Shown piece by piece: positions 46,531 to 58,960 of a stretch of 64,000 nucleotides of DNA. Made by a program: the position numbers and the translations under genes. A model generated the notes under the pieces. It was not told where the DNA came from. It saw only the letters and a program-made list of their open reading frames with translations, and did not search any database. Origin of the DNA: Lama glama (Eukaryota); the NCBI GenBank assembly GCA_028534125.1, contig CM052832.1, positions 33,728,001 through 33,792,000 of the forward strand, read 5' to 3'. Numbering within the stretch: the first letter of the stretch is position 1; each line of letters opens with the position of its first letter.

Positions 46531-49500
46531 ACCGCTGTTCCCACGGCCGCGGTTGCGTCTGCAGAGGGAGGGTCCGTCTGCGGCCGCCTGACCATTAAGG
46601 TGTAATGATGACAAAGGAGTGATAAGGCGCGGAGTGCATAAAGGGACAGCCTCTTGTCCCTCTTGAGCAGGTTAAAGACGTTAAGCTCTCAGAGCGTGGT
46701 AACTGGTGGTCACGGCAGGAAAGATGCGGCCAGGGAAGTCCCGGAGCAGCAGCAGGGAGTGCGGGCAGAGGAGCGTTCTCGCTCCCGCTGTTCGTGGGGT
46801 GTTGAATCCCCGGAGGTCAAGTAGGGACTAAACTCTGAGCACGAAAGCTTTTCCGAGGTGGGGGATTTAGTTCCTATGCTCATCCTTTGCGGAAGAAAAC
46901 GTTTCCTGTAGAGAATTCGGTTTAGAAAGAAAGGCAGAGAATATGGGAAAAGAAATGCCAGAAGCTGGGGGGGAACCAGAGCCTTTTGAATGAAGTCCAG
47001 CTGATGGAGACTCGGTGCTGAAGCGGGAGCCGGCCGGCAGGGAAGACCGCCTGCGGGGGCGCCGTACACGGTGTGCGGCTGGGGTGACATCCTCCGCTGA
47101 GATCACCGTATGTCGGGGGGTGAGGGCCACCGGAGACTTGTGCCAGGACCTCTGGGTGTGCTGTCGCTGGGCAGACACTTGCGCGCACACTTACAGCAAG
47201 TACAGGTAAGTTCAGTGTGAACTCAGCTCCAGGTGGGGCGGCTGCCCTGTGGTGAGACGGCGCTGGGGCTGAGGAAGGACAGGACACAAAGGGGGAAGCA
47301 ATGGTGAGACTAGGGGCCCGGGGATGGAAGAACCGCTCCTTCGGGGTCAGGCTACCTGCTGAGACCGTGAGCTGGGAAGAGGGCATCTCCCCGACTTGCT
47401 AGTGGGGACAGTGCTCGGCCCACGGAGGTCAGGACGCGTGTAGCCCCAGACTCTCGGGGGTTCCTGTCCAGGAGGGTGACCGTGGTTCCTCCTTCGAGTA
47501 GTTTAATGCCAGGAGGGTGAAGACACCAGTCAACTGGTTTTGAGGACATTTAACACTTCCCGGGACCCCCAGGTTTGTTGGGGGTCAGCGGGCCGGGTGC
47601 TGGGTCTGCAGGAATCGGACACGCGGGCCTCTCTGACCTCATTGATGGGTTCAGGCCGCTGGACTCTGAGGCATCCGGTCACCTGAATACTTTAAGTTGT
47701 GCCTGGATCGTGTTGGAGTCTGGGCTCAGCCTCTCTCAGCACATTTCTTGTCCCCTTCACGCAGCCCTGGGTCAGTGCACACTTCCAGGTGCTGCCCTAC
47801 GCACATTCCTGGTCCGGACAGACCTTATGACGGGCCCGGTGAGGACCCCCCGGTGAGCACAAGTTCACCTTGAAGAAGGCTGTTTTCTGCCGGAATAGGC
47901 GTAACATTCCAATCCCACTTACAAATGTCCAGTAAATTTAAGGTTTCTCAAAAGGCGCTGAAGCAGGACGTGCCCGAGGGGAAGCGGCCCACCGTGGGCT
48001 GCGGTTAAGGACGTGGAAACCCGGTCTGAGCGCAGAGGAGCGCTTCCTGGGCTGCCGTGAGGAGGTAGGCACTCGGCAGTTTTATCAACGAGGCGGACGC
48101 CTGTGCCCACAGGCTGCGACAGAAGGCCGCCTCGGGGGTCACAGGAAGCGCCTCCATCCTCGCAATGAATTTGTGCAGAAGACGCCAGCCTCCTGTCAGG
48201 GAAGAGGCAGAGCCCCTCAGAGGCACGCTGGTTGAGCTTTTTGGAGGAAGGCAGGATGGATGCCCTTGGGAACCTCGGTGCCCGTCTGCACCCATGTGAC
48301 AGCGTGGGGCGGTCATCTTGGGGGTTTGTGATGGACACTTCATCTGAAGTGCTGAACACTTAGGGGCATCTCAAAGCTGCCAGCAAAGGGAAGTGTCCCT
48401 TATAGGAAGTGTGTGTGAGTCAGGGAACTGGAAGTATTGTAAAGGTGAGTATAATGTGCCCTTCCTTGCCGGCCCCGTAGTGGGCCAGGAGAGCCTGCGT
48501 GCAGTGACAGGTGCACCTCCGCCCAGCAGGCAGCTCGGGGGGCCTGGGGGCGTGGCTGATGGCTGCAGCCGCGGAGGTCGGCGGTTCTGGAGTGAACTTG
48601 CCCCCCAGAAGGAACGTTGCAGGACCTGAGTGTCCCCACCACCCCAGGGTGTGCACGGTGCCTCCACCAGCGGGAGGCTCAGGGCTGTGGGTGCCCTTAG
48701 AGGGTAGCCTCACCTAGGGGGGCGTCCGGGGCAGCCCTGCTCTTCTCTTGCCTGCAGCTGGGGGCTGCACCGCCCTGTGGCCCCGTCCCCAAGGCCTCCG
48801 GCCGACACTGGCTTGATGCCCCCAGCGTGTCCTCTTTCCCTGGCTGGACTCTGAGGGCTTCCAACTCTGGGATCTTCAAGCACAGTCGTTCCTGAGAAGC
48901 AGGGAGGCTCCTGCGACGACGGCCTGCGAGTTTCAGGCTTTAACCAGCAGCGGTGAGAACGGCGGACGCGTGGTCCCCACCGCGTGCAGGCCCTCTGCTC
49001 TTCACCTTGATCCTCAGGTCAGATGACCGAGCCGTGGTGGGAGACCCCGGGAGCGGCTGGGCTGCCTTCCCGTCGGAGGTGAGGCAGAAGGAGCCTCTTT
49101 CCTGCCCGATCATTTTCCTTCAGACCTTTGTTCCCATTTAATTTTTTTTTTTTGTCCTTTACTTTCTTGGCTTTTCTTCTTTAGTTTAGCTAAATGCATA
49201 TTTAATTTGTGAAAAAATAAAACAGAGAAGCACAGTGTGGAAGCTTCTTTCCCGTGAACCACAGGCGCCGCACCCCAGGCCCCGGAGGCTCTTCTGGGAG
49301 GGGGCGCAGCTGCTGCATGTCTAGCCTGTCTTGTCCCCGTTTTCTGTCAGGTCGAGCATTTGCATCAAAGCCTTTTGAAGGTTTTCTTGCTTTGCAGCCT
49401 CCCTGCTGAAGTGGCTCTGAGCCGGCACTGTGTTTTAAGGCTCCTTTGGGTATGAATTTACATGCAGCGGCCCTGCCCTGCGTCTCGGGTGTCAGGACAG

Positions 49501-50086
49501 CGCTGAGTCCAGATGGGCCTAGAGACCAGGGCCATCCCCGAGGTCGGAGTCCAAGCGTCGTCCAGAGGAGCGCACACACGGCCGGTCTGAAGCAGCTCCG
49601 GCCTCGGTTCTGGGTTACGGCCCAAACGTGATGCACGATGGGGGTTAAGGCATTGTTTAATGTTACTAAATCATTTCTATAGAAAAGGTGATTTCAAAAG
49701 ATGATGTACATTCTCTGTCACCCGGCGCATCTTTCATTCCTACATAAATCGAGTGTTTCTCCTGAGGCACAAAGTCTCACCCTTCTGCCTCTTGTTCCTC
49801 ATCTCCCGGAGGGGGTAATAAGGCTCTGGAGATTTTTAGATCAGGTTAGTGGGAGGGGAGCCTCGGGTTGAGAGGAGCCCTGGATGACTGTGCAGCAACG
49901 CCCCGAAAGAACGGGGAGGGAATCAGACTCTGCACTGATTGAGGCTTAAAAATGGCAAAACTCAGACAACCTTACGCAGAGTAAAAAGGTGGATGTGCAT
50001 TGTCCTCCACAGGAAGCACAGAGGTTTGTCAGAGGCCCTGCTCCCCACCCTCCCATGCTCCCAACCTCTTCCCTCCCCTCCCCAAC

Positions 50087-50180
50087 GGCCTCCCTGCCTC
50101 CCAGCCTCCCCCAGAGCCTCCCAGCCTCCTTGCCTCCCAGCCTCCACTGGAGCCCAGCCTCCCAGCCTCCCTGCCTCCCT
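50087..50180. repeat. Degenerate 8-bp C-rich repeat, about 10 copies of GCCTCC
   Basis: GCCTCC recurs at about 50088, 50096, 50104, 50116, 50124, 50132, 50140, 50157, 50165 and 50173, mostly with an 8-bp period. Confidence 0.85.
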
Positions 50181-52739
50181 GCATGGAGGCCCTGGAGACC
50201 CCGAGCCCACCCTGGCTGCGGCCTGCTCCTCCAGCCCCACCACCCTCTCCTTTTCCGTCACCACTGCTTGCTCCCCATCTGCAGGGTCCCTCCACATGCA
50301 GCCAAGGGGTTCGATTCTGTTCTCTTGCCAACTTCCCTCCTCGATCTCAGTCGGCCTCGGCCTTGGGACTGGAAATGCCCTCCCCTCCCCAAAGCCAGAC
50401 CAGCAGTGCCCTCTGCCTTCGATGAGGACAGGCCGTCTCAGGAGGGGCTCAGTGCCCCCCATGTCCTTGTCCCCAGGGGCTTGGGCAGCGCAGCTGGTGA
50501 ACAGAGAGACTCAGGGTCACAGTGTGTTTCTGCAGAGCCCGCTGCACAGGCCTGTTCTGATCTGGTGGATTTTGTCTTTGTCGGGGCGGGCGGGTTTGAC
50601 TGAGGCCCAGGTTCTCGGTGGGGCACTTTGCCCCCCGGGGAACTGCCGAGTCTGGAGAGGGTTGGCTGTGGCACTGGGTCGGGGGGCTCCTGGCCCCGGG
50701 GTGGAGGCTCCGGGCGCAGGGAGGCCCCCAACAGAAGGGAACCCTGCGGCCCGAGTGCCTGTTCTGAACGAGGACGGAGGAATTTGACTGATCAGCTCTC
50801 AGGAGGGAGGCGCTGAGCTTTGGATGGAAACAGCAAAGCAGTTGGAACCTTTCTCTTTAAACATATTTATGAAGCGTTGCCCGAGGTGGCAGCTCCCAAT
50901 GAAGCGCAGTGTGAAAGGCCCGTTGTGCGGCTGCCCGGCTGCGGCGCGCCCGGGGGTCCTGAGTACCTGCCGGGACGCGGTGTTGCCCTTGGCAGGGCCC
51001 GGCGGCAAGTGCGGCCCGGGTGCTCTGATCTCCGCGGTCGGCGCCGGCAGCCGCGACCTTCCCGGTGTCTCCTCTTCTCCGCCCTGTCTGCGCCGAGCCC
51101 GGCCCAGGCCCTTCCCAGCGGGCGGCAGAGATCACCCCGCGCTGAGGCGGGGCCCCCAGGCCGAGGTCGTGTGGGGTTCACGATAAACTGGAGCCATTTC
51201 TCTTCTCCAGTGAATGTCGTCCAAACTGTCTTTGTACTTTATCTAACTCCAAAGAAAATCTTTAACTCAAGCACTTTCGGATGAGAGGCTGGGCAGTGGA
51301 ATAGAATCTTTATTAGAGAAATTTTGGTTCCTTCGCATGCTGTCTGGATGCTGACGGGACGCGGGCACACACGCGCGTGGGTGTGCCCCTCGCAGGCCCG
51401 TGCAGGAGCTCACACCGGGCAGGCAGGAACCACTCTGCACTCAGAGCAGCTTTGCCTCTTAGGAGGTGGACGGTGTGACTGCGGGGCCAGGAAGGAGCAG
51501 GCGATGCAGGGCTGTCCCTGCTGGGGCCCCCGGGGCCCCATGTTTCTGCCTTTGGTGCCACTCCACCGTCCGAAGATGTCCAGTGTTGCATTTTGTATTT
51601 GAAAAAAGCTTCTGTTACAGTAACACTTCGGGGTGGAGATTCCGATTCTTCAGATGCTCTAGTTCTTTAGTTTCGGTGAGTGCTACTGTCCACCTCTTGA
51701 ACTTTAATGCTGGCAATTGAAGGAACGTGCGTTATAAGTTTTGCAGTTCTTTTCCTTCAGTTTCTGTTGTAGAAGATACCTGACCGTGGGAGTGGTACGC
51801 TGCGTACTTTGTGACGTCAGAATAGGTTTGACTGAACGAGGACTGTGTGTGGACGTGCGTGCACACTGATGTCTGAATTAGGCGTGGGAGTAAGCCAGGG
51901 AGCCCAGAACCGGTTCTGGCGCCTCCTCCGAGCTGTCGCCCCCTCGCCGTGCCGCCTGGCTCAGCAGTGGGTCCTGGTCACCGGGCCCAGACCACGGCCG
52001 GGAGGGTCCACGAAGACCAGGCGATCCTGCAGGTCGGAAGTTCATGTGGGAAAGGTGTGGTCTGCCTGGTCCTGGACGGAATTGCCACAGAGGACTGTGT
52101 CGGGCAGGGAGGCCGCGCAAGCAGAGCAGACAAGTGCCTGGCTTCACGTGTGTTTCAGGTCCGGGTGCCCCTTGCACACACTCCGTAGGAAAGAAAACAA
52201 AAGCCACATTTCCCTGAAAGTCTAACATGAAAATAAAAGTGAATACATCCAGGATAGCACCGTTACTCAGCGTATCCAGGGAAGTGAGTTCATTTACTTC
52301 TCGAGGTCTGTCTTCATCTTCCTGGCAGGCCCCCCACGGGCGGGGGGGCCCTAGGGACGCCGACGTGGTGCCCGGGCCTGTGGGCGTAGCGAGAAGCAGT
52401 CTCTTTAACAGGGCTTGGGGCTGCTCAGCCTCGAATTAGAAGGACTGGTTTGGAGCCTTAACATCAAAGTGGGAGCAGAACTGTGTTAACGTGGGGCGGG
52501 GGTGGTGGGGCAGGCGGCAGGGGTCAGCGTCTCTGTGCCCCCCCACCTCCCGGAAACCAGCCCGGCCTTCTCAGGAGGAGGCCGTCCTCCTCAGACGTCC
52601 TCTGGTTTCCAGCAGGTTGAGACCACTGACCACGAATTCGCGGCGTCGCCCGCACACAAGGGAACCAACCACCGTCAGTCACAGTCCCCAGAGAAGCAGG
52701 ACGTCAGTCCCCGAAGGGCTTTGAACGTTAGAATCATCC

Positions 52740-53400
52740 AGCTAGATGCACAAGTATTGACCTGTTTAAATAAAACGAAAAATCATAAAGAAACAAACAA
52801 CAACAGAGTATTAAAAAAAAACCTGACAGATTTGAAAAAGAGAGAGAACTTTAGACATAAAAAAAATTACACTCTATTGCAGAGAAAGGCAAAGAGATGA
52901 AAATTTAAAAAAAATTAAGAGATTGGAAGGTAAAACAGGAAGGTCTCATAACATTCTTTCCCAGAAGGAAATGGAGAAAATAAAATGGGAAGTAGAAAAG
53001 CGTGGAGACGGCTGCTGAGGAGTTTCCAGACCTGTATCGAAAGCACGGGTTAGGGAAGCACCATCTGCCCCGAGCGGAAAACCTCGTCAGGCACACGGAG
53101 TCGAACGGAAGCTCCAGGATGCGGAAGGCGGAGAGGGTGCCTTTAACGAGAGGGAAGAGGATGAGGGACAGCTTCGTGGCCCTGCGCTTACCGGGAGCAG
53201 GAGGTGGAAGCCAGAGGACAGGGAGAGTGCCCTCGGTGTGCAAAGAGAAAGTAAGCTTCCACCAGGGATGGTGTAATTGGCACAGCTGTCTTTCAGATCT
53301 GAGCCAGGCACTTTCTCACTTTAAAGGAACTTCTGAAGATGCATTTTGAGAACGGAATTATGCCAGAGGATTCAGGAAGGCAGGATGGGAGAGAGGCTGC
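52740..53400 (+). mobile_element. Probable ancient L1/HAL1 ORF1-region fragment
   Basis: A-rich tract. ORF 53002 begins METAAEEFPDLYRKH, resembling the L1 ORF1 'eiieEnFPeL' motif. Confidence 0.45.
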
Positions 53401-53664
53401 GCCCAGCATTTCCAGTCCCAAATGCCGAGCAGATGCGTCCTCTCTGAGGAGGGAGACCCCGGGAGCTGTCCAGGTCAGTGAGGCAAACTAGCACCGCTGA
53501 GACTGCGAGGAGACCGACCGCCTTTAAACTGATCGCTCACCACCGGCGGCCTGACTGTTGAGCTCAGGGGAGGCGTGGAACTACCCGTCAGCAACGTAAG
53601 ATGGTCTAGCGAGGCCTGATTTGTGTTCTGTCGTCTTTGTCCAAATATTATAACCTTTGATCCT

Positions 53665-54065
53665 TAGAATAGGTTGAATGGGGCCCTCAAAACGATACGC
53701 CACACGATATGCCGGAGCCTGAGTGTGAGCTCGTTCGCCACGCGGGCCTTTACGGGGCGATCAGTGGAGGACCTTGAGATGAAGGCGTCGCCCTGGATTG
53801 CCAGGGTGGACCCTGGATCCAAGGACACGTGTTGTTCCAGGAAGCAGAAGCGGCGAGGACACAGGTGCTCAGAGGAGAAGGCGATGCAGCTGCGAGCAGG
53901 GAAACTCGGACGCAGGAAGAGGCGGAGAAAGGCTCCTTCCTGGATCCCCAGAAGGAGCGTGGCTCCTGGAATTTCAGATCACGGCCTCCAGAACTGGGAG
54001 ACAGCGCGTTTCAGCTGTTTTAAGCCACTCAGCTTTTGTAACTTGATACGACACTGCTAATGGTT
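53665..54065 (+). mobile_element. MLT1-type MaLR solo LTR
   Basis: taggttgaatggggccctcaaaacgata...gaccttgagatgaaggcgtcgccctggatt...gggtggaccctggatccaaggacacgtg...cagatcacggcctccagaactgggagacagcgcgtttcagctgttttaagccactcagcttttgtaacttg follows the MLT1B/C/D layout over about 400 bp. Confidence 0.8.
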
Positions 54066-54864
54066 AAATGTATACTTTTATCAAAAAACAAACTCACCGA
54101 AGAAGCATGATTCTGAGTCTGCAGTAACACGGCGCTGAAGCCAGTCTCTCTGGTGTGCCTGCCGTCTTCCCCGGCTCCCGTGGCGGGGGTGTGCGGTGAG
54201 ACGGGTGCGGCTGTGGCTGGTCTGCCTCGTGTGGTCGGGGCCCCTGGCGTGCTCAGGGCTGTGTGCTGCTTGCCTCAGCTGCACAGTTGCTGGCGCGAGC
54301 CGCTCCCTTGCCTGGTGGCCAAGGAGGTGGCGCCGCCCCTGCCTGGCGCCTCCTGGTGTCCGCTGCTGCCCAGCCCTCTCCCCTGGGCTCCCAGGGCGAG
54401 TTGGCCCGGCGCCACCTGCCTCCGCTCTGCGAACAGTAGACGTGGTGCCTCGTCATTTCTCGGGCTTCTTCCTGGCTGGGGTCTTCTAGTTCAAGGTCTC
54501 AGATTCAAGTATGTGTTTAAAGTAATTAGGCGAGTTCCGCCTTCTGTGCCCTGTGACGCATCACCACGGGGCTGGTCTGATCGGGGAGGGGCGCCTCCTG
54601 CATCGCAGGCCGGTTGGCGAGACAGCGCGGACGCGCAGGCAGGGAGGCGGGCGCGGGTGAGGCTCATCCTGACCATGGGCGGTCTTTGCTGCCTCTCTCT
54701 CCTCACCTGCACGTCGGGGATGGTTGGACCAAGGGACCACGAAGGTCTCAGCCCTCACGTTTAATTATTTTTTTATAGTTCTTGCCTAGAAACAACAGTC
54801 TTGTGTGATGAGCAAAAATGAGAGTGAATTGGAAAAAAAAATTGTGAGCCTCTCTCAAGAAATA

Positions 54865-56600
54865 ACTAGTGAAACGTATGGTAGCCATAGTAACATTGAA
54901 AATTAATCTGAAAATTCAGAAATGTTACACTTACAGCAATAACATCGAAGAGAATTGAGGACTTAGGAACAAATTTAACAAAAGGAGTGGCAGCCTTATT
55001 CTCTAGAAACTGCTGAATATCACTGAAAGCAATTTCAAAAGACCTGAATGAATGGAAAGACACCCTGTGCCCACGAACTAGAAGATGTTAAGATGTTAAC
55101 TAGAATCATTGTTAAGATGGCCAGTAATCCCGTGTCGATCCACAAATTCAACATAATCCCTCCAAAATCCCAGTTGGTGTTTTTGCAGAAATTAACAAGA
55201 TGATCCTCACATTCGTACAGAAATTCAAGGAACCTAGAGCAGCTAAAACAGTCTTAAGAAAGAACACAGTTGAGAGACTCAACACTTCATGATTTTAAAC
55301 CTTACCGTAAAGCTATGGTAATCAAGAATGTGTGGGACTGTTGTGAACACAGATATTTAGATCAATGGAATAGAACTGAAAGTCCGAAATAAACCCATAT
55401 ACCTGTGGTTAACTGATTTTCTCTAAAGGGTTCAAGACAGTTCTGATGGGAGGAAGCATAACCTTTTCAGCAAACGCGTAGCTCCGGGACAGCCGTGCGT
55501 CCAATCAGAGGAACAAGGTTGGACCCTGTCATCCTACCACACGCAAAAGCTAACAGAGATTGGGTCAAATACCTACACATAAGAGTGAAATTAACAAAAT
55601 TCATTTAAAAAGTAGGAGGAACTCTTCATGACCTTTGCTGGGCAAAGCCCTTCTGGATACGACAGGAAGAGCTCATACTGCCGAAAAAATAGATACAGAC
55701 AGATTGGACTTTATCAAAATTTAAAACCTTTTGTGTCTCAAAGGACACCAGCAAGAAAATGAGAAGATAACCTGCACAATGAGAGGAAATACTTGCAACT
55801 TGTGTATTTGGTAGAGGACCGGACCTAGTCCGTATGAAGAGCTTACAGCTCCGTATTCAGAAGACAGGTAACACGCTTCAAAGACGAGCCCGGATCTGAA
55901 GGGACATCTGTCTAAAGAAGACGCACCAGCAGCCAGTGGGTGTGGACACGTGGCTGCTTGGTGTCGTCAGCCGTCAGCGAAGTGCATGTCACGCCACCGC
56001 GAGACGACACCCAGCGCCCACTCGCCGAGGCCGCGGAGGAACGAGCGCCCAGCCCCCGGGTGGACCGCAGTGTGGCCCTGGCCCACTGCCCTGCCGGCAG
56101 GGTCTGCCCAGGAGCTGCGTGCACCCGGCACCCGGCACCCACGCCCGGCTGGAGCCCCGGTGCTCATGGCAGCGCGCTTCACCACACGCGAAAGTGGGAA
56201 GCCACCAGCCGTCCGTCTGCTGAGGAGGGACCGATGAAGTGTGGTCCAGCCACGTTACAGAACACCCTTCCGCCACGGAGACGGAAGGCAGTACTGATTC
56301 ATGTGACACGGGTGGACCCGAAAGTGCGAGACTGAGTAAGAGAAGCCAGAGGACCACGTGCCCTGCGACCCCGCGGGTGGGAGGCGTTCGCGCATGCAGA
56401 CCTCTGGTGACCGGCGGTGAGTGAATGGCTGCCGAGGGCTGGGTGGAGCAGTGGGGCGGGGCGGCTTCCTCCTGGGGCGACGGCGACGCTCTGAACCTGC
56501 CTGCAGTGCTGGCTGCCGGTTGGTGGATGTTGTACGCTGTAAGTGGGCGAATTGTATGGTATGTGATTTATATCTTAACGAAGCTGTTGCAAGTAAAAAC
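54865..56600 (+). mobile_element. Ancient L1M fragment: ORF2 (RT region to C-terminus) and 3' UTR
   Basis: gacttaggaacaaatttaacaaaagg...aaaagacctgaatgaatggaaagac, aaagctatggtaatcaagaatgtgtgg...agatcaatggaatagaactgaaagtccgaaataaacccata, and terminal tttatatcttaacgaagctgtt are all characteristic L1 segments. Confidence 0.85.
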
Positions 56601-58236
56601 ATTGAAATTCGGTTTTAAGAACTAGAAATTTCCAGTAACTTTGGTTGTCCAAGGTGCTCTCTGGGCGCAGGGGAGAGCGGCTGTGTACCCCAGTGTGCCG
56701 TCCCACGTCTGGCTGCGGGGAGGCCCCGGCTTTGCGGTCACACAGCCACCGATGTGAATCCCTCTTTAGAATGGCCAGTGTGCGGGGCTTCCCCGAATCT
56801 CAGCTTCTTCAGCTACAAGACGAGGGTAACATTCTTAGCTCGTGGGTCTCCCTGGAAGTCGAGTTCATGCATCTGAAGAGCTCAGCACCGTGCTGCGAGC
56901 GATGGCCGTCGTGGGAGGGGCGGTGGCCCTGGGCCCTGCGGCGTCACAAGGGCTTCGAGGGAGGCCTGTGCGTGTGCTGCCCTTCTGCCGGATCCCTGCC
57001 CCGCTCACCGCCCTCCGGCCCTTCCTGACCCGCCAGCACACTCAGTCCAGGCTGCTCTCCTGAGGGGTGTTCCCCGCCCCACCCGGCACCTGTGCGGCAG
57101 ACCCGGGCGGTCTCCGTCCCTGCAGGCCTGCCGTGTCCCGGCTGGCGGCTCCGCTCCACTTGTCCCTGGCGCCCTCTCTGCGCTCCGTGAGGACGGGGCT
57201 GCCTCTGCGTCCCGACGTCGCGGCTCAGTGCTCGTGCTTAGTGCCCTCAGCGCCGGTGGAGGGAATGACCGTGAGGGCCGACCTGGACTGCGTGGACAAG
57301 GTCGCTGGTTTCCACTGGATGCCTGAACGTGAGTTTACGGGCAGGTAGAATCGCCTGAGCCGTGTGTGGGGAACGCCGTCTGGTGATTGCGTCACAAATT
57401 CATCTGGTAAACTTTGGAATGCGAGTGCAGTCCTGACATGAAAATACAAGGAGAGACCACGTTTAACTACACATTCAAATTTGTTACAAGTTAGTAGAAA
57501 ATAAAAGACTGCTGACTGGCGACCGGGTGAGGAGGACCGATGCTTCTGGTAAGTACTTCATTTTCAAAGGCTCTTCTCTGAAGGAGCATGCATGCGTGTG
57601 TTTTATAAACAGCCATGCGACGTTGAAACTGAATTTCGTAATGTACTCTATAAACTGCTAGAGAAACTGAAAGGTAGGATTTCCATGGACGTCGCGTTGT
57701 CGTGTTTCACGGCGTGGCGTTGGTATAAATGTGGACACAGAGTTTGTGTGTGAGTCTAGTGTATGTTTGAACTTGTGCTGGGCTATGTTCTTGCCAGAAT
57801 TTAGAAAACCTATTCAGAAAAACTCCCCGGACCTCTGTGCCAGTTTCTCTGGAAGCCAAAGCCTTTGTTGTAGCATTCACCTCCCTGTTCCATCTGCAAA
57901 AGAACAAAGCCAACGTTACTGAGATGTAATAAACGGAGATAACAATCTGTCTGCACTGCATGAAGGAGCCGTTGCTGACGAGCTCGCATGCGTGTCACTG
58001 CCCGGAGAGGGTGCGCTGCCCGGTGTTTTGTGATCACCGTGCCTGGACACAGGGGCCTGGATAAAATTGGGTCAGAAGTGCCTTTTAATCTTGTCCTCTT
58101 TGTGATCTCTTAAAAGCGGGCAGAGGCTTTCGTTCAGGACCAGAGAACATTAAAACCGTTTCACTACGTTCTTTAGTTTATGGCACCTTTCGTCCGACCG
58201 TTTCAGAGTGTTTATACCGAGCTCAGGACTGCTTTC

Positions 58237-58380
58237 CCGCGACGGCGCGGGGTGAGCGCGAAGCGGCACTGCAGCGCGCGCGGAGCCGCCGAGAGGCTGG
58301 GCCCCAGCGCCGAGGGCCGCGCGGCTCCTCGGCGAGGGCGAGCAGCGCTCGCGGCAGCCGGCGCGTTTCTCGTCCGTTTC
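58237..58380. promoter_or_regulatory. Small CpG-dense island upstream of exon 7
   Basis: By hand count, 31 CpG dinucleotides in 58201-58380. Confidence 0.5.
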
Positions 58381-58832
58381 TGTGAGTTACGCCCTTTCTC
58401 CCCACGAGCCCCCAAACAGCTTTATTAATAGGAATATGTGATGCTTATGCTCTTGAAGATACCAGGGTGGTCTCAGGCCCCGGCATCTCCCCTCACACGG
58501 GCCTGCTGAATTCTCTGTTTAAAAGGTGGCGTTCCGAGAGCTTTTCCCTGGCCCGGCGCCCGGGTCCCGTGTCGCGGCCGTGGACGAGGAATGTTGACAC
58601 GTCCCCCAGAGAGGAATGTTTGTTATGAGAGTACCGCTGGCGTGACACTCGGCCTCGAGCTTCTTGACTCGTCTGGATGACAGTTAATGGTCACCGTCTT
58701 TTTTCTTTTCTCCTCTTACTATTTTAAAGGAGGGGAAGAATGAAAGAAATGCCCGGAGGCTGAGATCGAGTTTGGGTCACCAAACCGTTAAGCGTCAAGT
58801 CTGCTGATAATACGTCTTCTGTCTCTTTTTAG

Positions 58833-58960
58833 GGGCTAATTTTGTTACTCGAAAAATTAGCCGGTCCGTGGCTAAGATCCACCTTGGACAACTGGAAAGT
58901 TTCAGTTTGGGAAATCTGGACGCCAAACGAGACTGGGGCCACGCCAAGGACTACGTGGAG
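58833..58960 (+). CDS. GMDS: GDP-mannose 4,6-dehydratase coding exon (human exon 7 equivalent), phase 1 to phase 0
   Basis: Acceptor cgtcttctgtctctttttAG|GG, donor GAG|GTagga, 128 nt. Encodes (G)[42 protein letters not shown], including the GMD-typical [17 protein letters not shown]. It is absent from the ORF track because it has no ATG. Confidence 0.98.

Noticed and set aside
49939-50787. 282-aa ORF and overlapping ORFs
   Set aside because: Produced by the C-rich GCCTCC repeat; low-complexity translation.
51812-51819. Full CRE palindrome TGACGTCA (also at 31202)
   Set aside because: About one is expected by chance in 64 kb, and more in CpG-rich DNA.
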